A DNA stretch of 64,000 nt, taken from contig OZ271918.1 of assembly GCA_965602015.1 (NCBI GenBank), positions 3,744,001 through 3,808,000 of the forward strand, read 5' to 3'. Shown piece after piece: positions 1-9,100 of the stretch; the first letter of the stretch is position 1, and each line of letters opens with the position of its first letter. The translations under genes were made by a program, and so were the position numbers. The notes below the pieces were generated by a model that saw only the letters and a program-made list of their open reading frames with translations, was not told the origin of the DNA and searched no databases. The DNA is from Salinispira sp. (GTDB lineage: Bacteria > Spirochaetota > Spirochaetia > DSM-27196 > Salinispiraceae).

Positions 1-880
1 ACAATACGACAACAGCGAACTCCTCGAACTTGACCATAAATACTACCGGCGCGGTGAGCCTGGGAGCTTTGGGGGCCACCCAGCCCATGAATGTGGTGAC
101 GATAACCCAGTCCGGCGGTACGGCTTTTACGGGCAGCGTGGATGCTGCGACCGTCACCCTGACTGATACCACCGGAACCATCGACTTTCAAGGATTGTTG
201 ACCGCTACTGCCCTTAACACTGCGTTACAAGGCTATAACCTGATTATTGACGGCGGTGCGTCGATTACCAACCAAGTTGATTTCGACAACAGCGGAACCC
301 TGACCATCGGCGACAACCTTGGCGATACATCCACCTTCACCGGTGGCTTGGTTGCTACGGCGCCCAGCTCAAAGAGCATCGCCGGAAACATAGAGGCTGC
401 GGGAACAGGAGTCATCAATTTAGGGGGCACTGCCACCAGTGTCACAGCGAACACACTCCTGGGCGATACGTCCACCGGACAGATTACCCTTGCAGCTGTC
501 ACCCTGGCCGACGGCGTCACGTTGACCCTGGGCGCCGGGGCTGCGACGCCGATTACCACTGGGGCGATCGACAATACGACAACAGCAAACTCCTCTAACC
601 TGACCATAAATACTACCGACGCGGTGAGTCTGGGAGCTTTGGGGACAACCCAGCCCATGAATGTGGTGACGATAACCCAGTCCGGCGGTACGGCTTTTAC
701 GGGCAGCGTAGATGCGGCGACGGTCACCCTGACCGATACCACCGGCCTGATTGACTTCCAGGCGTTGCTCACCGCCGGAACCCTAAACACTGCTGCGCAG
801 GGCTATAACCTGACCATTGACGGCGGCGCAACGATTACCAACAATGTGACCTTCAACAACAACGGCACCCTAAGCATCGG
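1..880 (+). repeat. 570-bp (190-aa) period intragenic repeat
   Basis: acaatacgacaacagc...tgaccataaatactacc at 1 and 571; similarity continues for ~300 bp. Confidence 0.85.
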
Positions 881-3389
881 CGACAACGTGGCCGACACCC
901 ACAGCTTTGCAGGTGGATTCACCAGCGCAGGTCCCTCCGGCGCGCCTGCGATTAGCATCTACGGCGATTTAGACAGCACCAACGCAGATCTCAGCTTTGG
1001 CGACGCCGATACGGACGTACGTTTCTATACAAATACGACCATTAGCAGCGGTACGGGAACCATCACCCTCTATGACAGCCAAGTGGATGACGCCACCACC
1101 CTCACGCTGTCCGGTGATGAAATTGACTTGCTCGGCGGAGCGTCTTCCCTGAGTCCAGGCGGAGGAACCGCCGCTCTTATCCTTCAGGCTAGCGCCGATG
1201 GGGTGACTACCGGAGTCGGCACCGGTTCTGGAGCCAGCCTCGACCTGACCACCGCTGACCTGGGGGCAATCGCAGCCGGGTTCTCTTCGGTGACCATTGG
1301 GCGGGCAACTTCGACCGCAGCTCTGACAATCGTCGGTGGGGATATCCTTTCCAACACCACCATCCAGTCGGGCAGCGGCAGTATAAATTTGACGGGCAGC
1401 ATCGGAGATGCAGCAGGCGCTATTAATCTCACACTTGATTCCTCTGCGGATATTGTTTTCGATAATGGATCCGGAATCGACGTGACAGGCGTCATTAGCG
1501 TAGATGCGGATAACAATATCGCCACGGTGGCAGCCGGCGATGTCGTAACGATCGCCTCCAACGGCGGTAATATCAACATGACTGCCGACGCGGACACATC
1601 GGGTGCAGGTGGAATCGATTTTTCCACGGATTTTACCGTCAACGCCGGGGCCGGCCAGGTCAGCCTTCAGGCCAACGATAATATTGATGTTACGGGTTTG
1701 ACGTCCACCTACGCTGCAGCGGGCGATGCGGTGAGCATTGACAGTACTGCCGGCGCAGTTACCGACGCGGGCGACACGAACACCGACATATCTGGCGGCT
1801 TAGTCAATATCACGGCGTTTGGTTCGGTTGGAGCTTCAGGTGTTGGGAACGAAATCGAAACCTCAGCTGGAAGTTTGAACATCTCAAGCACGAATGCCGG
1901 CGGCATCTGGATAAACGAAACCGATGCTGTGACCCTGATTGATATCGACACTGCCAACGGGCTTATTGCCATCACAGCCGGAGCAGCCATCGACGCCATT
2001 GATGTGACCAGCCTGACAGACAACGATGCTAACGACATAACCCTCACCGCTGCAGCCGGAAATATCGAAGTTGACGTCATCAATGCCGGGCTGGCTGCCG
2101 GCGATGTGAACCTGATTGCCGACACGGCGGCTGGACAGAGCGTGACCGATGCCGATAACAACTCCCTGGTAACTGCGGATGTAGTAACCATCACGGCTCG
2201 GGATTCCATTGGAGGGGCAGCCGGACTTGATATCAATACCAGCGCGGTAAGCATCGATGCCAGTTCTACAGAGCTTGCCGATGCCGGAGACATTTGGATA
2301 AACGAAAGCGATGCTGTGACCCTGAGTGACATCGACACAGTAGCAGGGGACATCACCATTGCAGCCGGCGGGGCGATCACCGCTACCGACGTGGTAGCCA
2401 CCGGCGGGTTGGTAAGCATTTCAGGTGGCGGGCAAGTTGATGCCGTTTTGGTAACCACCACGCCTGATAACGACGCCAACGACATCAGCATCAGCACCAC
2501 AAACGGTAACATCAATGTGACCACCGTCACTGCCGGAACCGGCGCGGCCTCGGACGTTAGCTTGACGGCCAATACGGCGCCTGGCCAGAGTGTGGTCGAT
2601 GCCAACGGCGCGGCGGCCAATATCACCGCAGAGGTGCTGACCATCACGGCTCAGGGATCAATTGGAGCCGCCGGGGCTGGCAACGATCTGGATACCGCGG
2701 CGGTAAGCATGGATATCTCCAGCAGTAACGCCGGCAGTATCTGGATAAACGAGACCGACGCTGTGACCCTGAGTGATATCGACACTGCCAACGGACTTAT
2801 TGCCATCACAGCCGGGGGAGCAGTGATTGCCACCAATGTGGCGGCTACCGGAGGTCTGGTGAACATCGCAGGCGGTGGTCAGGTTGATGCCGTTTTGGTG
2901 ACCACCACGCCTGATAACGACGCCAACGACATCAGCATTAGCACCACAAACGGAAACATCAATGTGACCACCGTCACTGCCGGAACCGGTGCGGCCTCGG
3001 ACGTTACCTTGACGGCCAATACGGCGGCTGGCCAGAGTGTGGTCGATGCCAACGGCGCGGCGGCCAATATCACCGCAGAGGTGCTGACCATCACGGCTCA
3101 GGGATCAATTGGAGCCGCCGGGGCTGGCAACGATCTGGATACCGCGGCGGTAAGCATGGATATCTCCAGCAGTAACGCCGGCAGTATCTGGATAAACGAG
3201 ACCGACGCTGTGACCCTGAGTGATATCGACACTGCCAACGGACTTATTGCCATCACAGCCGGAGCAGCCATCGACGCCATTGATGTGACCAGCCTGACAG
3301 ACAATGATGCTAACGACATAACTCTCACCGTTCAGCCGGAAATATCGAAGTTGACGTCATCAATGCCGGGCTGGCTGCCGGCGATGTGA
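3..3389 (+). CDS. Giant repeat-rich surface/adhesin-like protein, upstream segment (5'-truncated by the window edge; joins 3386..11581 across a 1-bp deletion at ~3330)
   Basis: Frame open from base 3. T/A/G/D/N-rich beta-solenoid-like repeats. The sequence leaves the repeat consensus exactly at 3330/3331. Confidence 0.8.
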   Translation, partial: NTTTANSSNLTINTTGAVSLGALGATQPMNVVTITQSGGTAFTGSVDAATVTLTDTTGTIDFQGLLTATALNTALQGYNLIIDGGASITNQVDFDNSGTLTIGDNLGDTSTFTGGLVATAPSSKSIAGNIEAAGTGVINLGGTATSVTANTLLGDTSTGQITLAAVTLADGVTLTLGAGAATPITTGAIDNTTTANSSNLTINTTDAVSLGALGTTQPMNVVTITQSGGTAFTGSVDAATVTLTDTTGLIDFQALLTAGTLNTAAQGYNLTIDGGATITNNVTFNNNGTLSIGDNVADTHSFAGGFTSAGPSGAPAISIYGDLDSTNADLSFGDADTDVRFYTNTTISSGTGTITLYDSQVDDATTLTLSGDEIDLLGGASSLSPGGGTAALILQASADGVTTGVGTGSGASLDLTTADLGAIAAGFSSVTIGRATSTAALTIVGGDILSNTTIQSGSGSINLTGSIGDAAGAINLTLDSSADIVFDNGSGIDVTGVISVDADNNIATVAAGDVVTIASNGGNINMTADADTSGAGGIDFSTDFTVNAGAGQVSLQANDNIDVTGLTSTYAAAGDAVSIDSTAGAVTDAGDTNTDISGGLVNITAFGSVGASGVGNEIETSAGSLNISSTNAGGIWINETDAVTLIDIDTANGLIAITAGAAIDAIDVTSLTDNDANDITLTAAAGNIEVDVINAGLAAGDVNLIADTAAGQSVTDADNNSLVTADVVTITARDSIGGAAGLDINTSAVSIDASSTELADAGDIWINESDAVTLSDIDTVAGDITIAAGGAITATDVVATGGLVSISGGGQVDAVLVTTTPDNDANDISISTTNGNINVTTVTAGTGAASDVSLTANTAPGQSVVDANGAAANITAEVLTITAQGSIGAAGAGNDLDTAAVSMDISSSNAGSIWINETDAVTLSDIDTANGLIAITAGGAVIATNVAATGGLVNIAGGGQVDAVLVTTTPDNDANDISISTTNGNINVTTVTAGTGAASDVTLTANTAAGQSVVDANGAAANITAEVLTITAQGSIGAAGAGNDLDTAAVSMDISSSNAGSIWINETDAVTLSDIDTANGLIAITAGAAIDAIDVTSLTDNDANDITLTVQPEISKLTSSMPGWLPAM

Positions 3390-6150
3390 ACCTGATTGCC
3401 GACACGGCGGCTGGACAGAGCGTGACCGATGCCGATAACAACTCCCTGGTAACTGGGGAAGTAGTAACCATCACGGCTCGGGATTCCATTGGAGCGGCAG
3501 CCGGACTTGATATCAATACCAGCGCGGTAAGCATCGATGCCAGTTCTACAGAGTTCGCCGATGCCGGAGACATTTGGATAAACGAAAGCGATGCTGTGAC
3601 CCTGAGTGACATCGACACGGTAGCAGGGGACATCACCATTGCAGCCGGGGGAGCAGTGATTGCCACCAATGTGGCGGCTACCGGAGGTCTGGTGAACATC
3701 GCAGGCGGTGGTCAGGTTGATGCCGTTTTGGTGACCACCACGCCTGATAACGACGCCAACGACATCAGCATTAGCACCACAAACGGAAACATCAATGTGA
3801 CCACCGTCACTGCCGGAACCGGTGCGGCCTCGGACGTTACCTTGACGGCCAATACGGCGGCTGGCCAGAGTGTGGTCGATGCCAACGGCGCGGCGGCCAA
3901 TATCACCGCAGAGGTGCTGACCATCACGGCTCAGGGATCAATTGGAGCCGCCGGGGCTGGCAACGATCTTGATACCGCGGCAGTGAGTATGGCTATCTCC
4001 AGCAGTAACGCCGGCGGCATCTGGATAAACGAAACCGATGCTGTGACCCTGATTGATATCGACACTGCCAACGGGCTTATTGCCATCACAGCCGGAGCAG
4101 CCATCGACGCCATTGATGTGACCAGCCTGACAGACAACGATGCTAACGACATAACCCTCACCGCTGCAGCCGGAAATATCGAAGTTGACGTCATCAATGC
4201 CGGGCTGGCTGCCGGCGATGTGAACCTGATTGCCGACACGGCGGCTGGACAGAGCGTGACCGATGCCGATAACAACTCCCTGGTAACTGCGGAAGTAGTA
4301 ACCATCACGGCTCGGGATTCCATTGGAGCGGCAGCCGGACTTGATATCAATACCAGCGCGGTAAGCATCGATGCCAGTTCTACAGAGCTTGCCGATGCCG
4401 GAGACATTTGGATAAACGAAAGCGATGCTGTGACCCTGAGTGACATCGACACAGTAGCAGGGGACATCACCATTGCAGCCGGGGGAGCAGTGATTGCCAC
4501 CAATGTGGCGGCTACCGGAGGTCTGGTGAACATCGCAGGCGGTGGTCAGGTTGATGCCGTTTTGGTGACCACCACGCCTGATAACGACGCCAACGACATC
4601 AGCATTAGCACCACAAACGGAAACATCAATGTGACCACCGTCACTGCCGGAACCGGTGCGGCCTCGGACGTTACCTTGACGGCCAATACGGCGGCTGGCC
4701 AGAGTGTGGTCGATGCCAACGGCGCGGCGGCCAATATCACCGCAGAGGTGCTGACCATCACGGCTCAGGGATCAATTGGAGCCGCCGGGGCTGGCAACGA
4801 TCTGGATACCGCGGCGGTAAGCATGGATATCTCCAGCAGTAACGCCGGCAGTATCTGGATAAACGAGACCGACGCTGTGACCCTGAGTGATATCGACACT
4901 GCCAACGGACTTATTGCCATCACAGCCGGAGCAGCCATCGACGCCATTGATGTGACCAGCCTGACAGACAATGATGCTAACGACATAACTCTCACCGCTT
5001 CAGCCGGAAATATCGAAGTTGACGTCATCAATGCCGGGCTGGCTGCCGGCGATGTGAACCTGATTGCCGACACGGCGGCCGGACAGAGCGTGACCGATGC
5101 CGATAACAACTCCCTGGTAACTGGGGAAGTAGTAACCATCACGGCTCGGGATTCCATTGGAGCGGCAGCCGGACTTGATATCAATACCAGCGCGGTAAGC
5201 ATCGATGCCAGTTCTACAGAGTTCGCCGATGCCGGAGACATTTGGATAAACGAAAGCGATGCTGTGACCCTGAGTGACATCGACACGGTAGCAGGGGACA
5301 TCACCATTGCAGCCGGGGGAGCAGTGATTGCCACCAATGTGGCGGCTACCGGAGGTCTGGTGAACATCGCAGGCGGTGGTCAGGTTGATGCCGTTTTGGT
5401 GACCACCACGCCTGATAACGACGCCAACGACATCAGCATTAGCACCACAAACGGAAACATCAATGTGACCACCGTCACTGCCGGAACCGGTGCGGCCTCG
5501 GACGTTACCTTGACGGCCAATACGGCGGCTGGCCAGAGTGTGGTCGATGCCAACGGCGCGGCGGCCAATATCACCGCAGAGGTGCTGACCATCACGGCTC
5601 AGGGATCAATTGGAGCCGCCGGGGCTGGCAACGATCTTGATACCGCGGCAGTGAGTATGGATATCTCCAGCAGTAACGCCGGCGATATCTGGATAAACGA
5701 AACCGATGCTGTGACCCTCACTACCATCGACACGGTAGCCGGGGATATCACCATTACCGCTGGCGGAGCAGTGAACGCCGCTAATGTGGCGGCCACCGGC
5801 GGTCTGGTGAATATTGCAGCCGCAGGCTTGCTTGAAGCAGTATCGGTAACGACCACGCCGGATAATGATGCCAACGACATAATTCTCAGCACGACCATTG
5901 GGAATATCGAAGTCACGACCGTCACTGCCGGGCTCGGATCGGCGTCGGATGTCACCCTGACGGCGAATACGGCGGCTGGCCAGAGTGTGGTCGATGCCAA
6001 CGGCGCGGCGGCGAACATCAGTGCTGATGTGCTTACCATCGATGTTCAGGGGAATATTGCTGCGGCGACAGCTGACGATGACCTGGATATCAATGCAAAC
6101 GCCCTGGACGTGGCAAGTACCAACGCCGGGGGCATCTGGATCAATGAGAC
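1895..6150 (+). repeat. Near-identical intragenic tandem array of modules A (~447 bp) and B (~387 bp), basic period 834 bp
   Basis: gtgaacctgattgccgacacg at 2106, 3386, 4220, 5054; identical antisense shadow ORFs at 2879, 3712, 4546, 5380. Confidence 0.95.
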
Positions 6151-9100
6151 GAATGACCTGACGGTGACCGGAGCCGATACCGCTTCAGGCGACGTGGTTT
6201 TGAACGTCGGCGCAAGCGTTACCCTCGATATGTCCGCCGCCGATACCATGACGGTTAGCGGCGGAGACGTCACCGTCAACGCCGAACTGGAAATCCTGGC
6301 TAGCGGGATTCCCAATGGAAACAGTCACATTTTCACCGACGGAAGTGTGAATCTCAATACAAACGGCACAACTGGTCAGGCAATAGGGGAAGGCCCGGCG
6401 AACGCCTTCCCTTATTCGTTGCCCTACAGGCCCATAGTTTTTGAGGATACGCTGAATGAGCTGAACATCAGCGGGCGCTTGACCAACGGCGCATTTATCA
6501 TGGGAAATCCCGGCGAGCTTGCATTGGGGACGGTAAATATCACCGGAGCTATCTCCTTCGATATTTACAACGGTGGCACGATTTACCTGACCCGGGATTT
6601 GACGACCAACGGCGCTGGTATCAGTTTCGTTCAGCCGGTCCGGCTTCGTCCGACGGTGGGCAACCAGATCAACATCGCCACTTCAGGCGGAGCAGTGACA
6701 TTTACCGGCACCCTCGATGACGACGATGTGGCCGGCCCGGGTACTAATATACTGGCCATTAATACAACAGCGGGAGGTCTGACATTTACCGGTGCCGTGG
6801 GATCCAACGACGCGCCTTTGGGCCTCGACCTGACTGCGGGAGCCGTCTCCATAGACGGGGGCATGAACCTCGATGCCAACGGCCTCGATGTCACCCATTC
6901 GGGGATTCTCGACATCGCCGATATCACCAATGCGGCCGACACCGCGACCTTTGATGTGATTTCCGCCGGAGACGTCACCAGCACAGGAACCGGAACGGCG
7001 ACAATCGCAGGCGACATCCGCCTCACTGCCGGTAACCTAACTTTCAACAGGCCGGTAACCCTCACCGGCGGCGTAGCCCTGGAGTCCGCCGGAAACCTTA
7101 CGGTCAATAACACCCTGGACGGCGCCCAGGACCTTATTCTCGACGTCGCCGGCGCTGCGCAGTTCAACGCGGCTGTTGGAACCGGTACGCCTATCGGCGA
7201 CGGTACCGGCGCGGCGTTAACGGTTAACTCCGCCGGAACCACCGAGTTTGTTTCTACTCTGGAAACGGCTGAAGGGTTGAATCAGGATAACGCCGCCGGG
7301 GAAATCACATTCCGGGAAAATGTAGATATAAATGCCGGGGGCACCGCCACGGCCTTTAATGCGGACCTCACCCTGGACGGCATGACCCTGACCTCCGCCG
7401 GAGCAGTGAGCTTTGGCAATGCCCCGGGCGACATTTTGACCCTGTCTACCGCTGCGGTAGCCGTCGACACCTCGGCGAACAATTCTACGGTGACCTTTGC
7501 CGGCGACGTTCTCGGCAACGGCATAAACCTGACGGTCGACACCGGGCAAAGCGGCGGGGGTACAGTTAACGTGCTTGCCGATCTCGGTCAGGCTGGAAGC
7601 AGAATCGGAACGTTGGAGATAATCTCTGACCTTATCAATCTCGGCGGGTCAGGAATTTACAGTACAGGCGATCAAGTTTACGACACTGAACCCGGTGACT
7701 CCGGCACCCCGGTCGCCGATACCGAGGGAACGGGAACGACACTGGAGTTCGCCGCCAACGGAGCCATAGACGCCGGTGGGTCCGATATCTATTTCGACGA
7801 CCTGTACATCGACATGACGGGAATTACCGTTACCCCGGCTAATGTCGGAACCATTTACACCGACCGCTTTACCTTCTTCAACGGCAGCCTGGACCTGGCG
7901 GCCGCGACACCGACCATCCGAACCAGCGACGACTTTGTCGTTCTGGGATATGCCCTGTCAAACGCCATCGATGACCCGGAACGGGGCCCTGCAGTAAACG
8001 AATGGGAATACCCGGAAATGGCAGATTTCGGGGCCTTTGACCCCGGTCTACCGTACACAGCAAGCTTCGCAGGCGGCCCGGGATTGAACGGCATTACCCT
8101 CATTGTCGATTCCGACGGATCGGCGGGTCCCGCAGGCGATGATGCCGGGGATTTTTACGTGAACGGCACCGACCTGGCGGCTACGGCGAACTGGACCCTC
8201 ACGCTGCCGGACAACAGCGCTTCCCAGCCCCTGACCTTTGGCCCCTGGGGGCGACCATACGCTGTCGTGCTAAACAGCGCGGTTAGCCGGTCCCAGCTCG
8301 GGGCCGGAGTTACCGCGGTCATCAATGCCGGCGGCGAAACCGCGGCTGGCATAAGCACCGACGGCGGAAACAACACGAATTATGATTTCGCTGCGGTGTA
8401 CACCCAGCCGTCGATTGCCAACGGCTACGCTGCCGTGGCGACACCCGCGGCGGGAAGCGGCTACTACGGCTGGGATTTCACCCAGACCGATGTGGAGTCG
8501 GCGGCCATAGTCAAGGACGACCTTCTGCGGGTTACATTCAACAAGCCGCTTATCAATGTCAACGGCGAGCTCAACAGCGCCGTTGCCGGCGGACTCTTTG
8601 TAGCCGACCCGGCGGACGACGCCGTAGCCTTCCTCCAGGCCTTTCTGGACGGCGATGCCGCCGCCGGTGATTCGCCGGTCGTTGACCCGGTTCAGGATAT
8701 TGCCGGCCGAAGCGACTATATGCTTAAAACCATCTATCTCAGGCTGCCGGCGGCTTCCAACAGCAGCTGGCGCACCGACGCCACCGGCTCTGCGGCCCCC
8801 GGGGCACAGAACGGCGGACTCGGCTGGGCAAGCAGTACCGATTCCCTGGGCCGGCGAGACCTGCCGGCTGCGGCAACCGACTTCGGCGACCTGATACCCG
8901 ACCTCCGGTTCATAAAGGGCGGCGTGTACGGCTCTGGCGGCGGCGATTACGTCATCGCCGATGAAGCCAACTCCGATGATATATTCAACCTTGCGCTGGA
9001 TGAAGCCGGCCCGGTTCTCTGGCGCATCGAGGTGGGCAGGGCGGACCATGCGGCCGACACCCTGGTTCCCGCCGACACGGCGGACGCCCACAACTACTTC

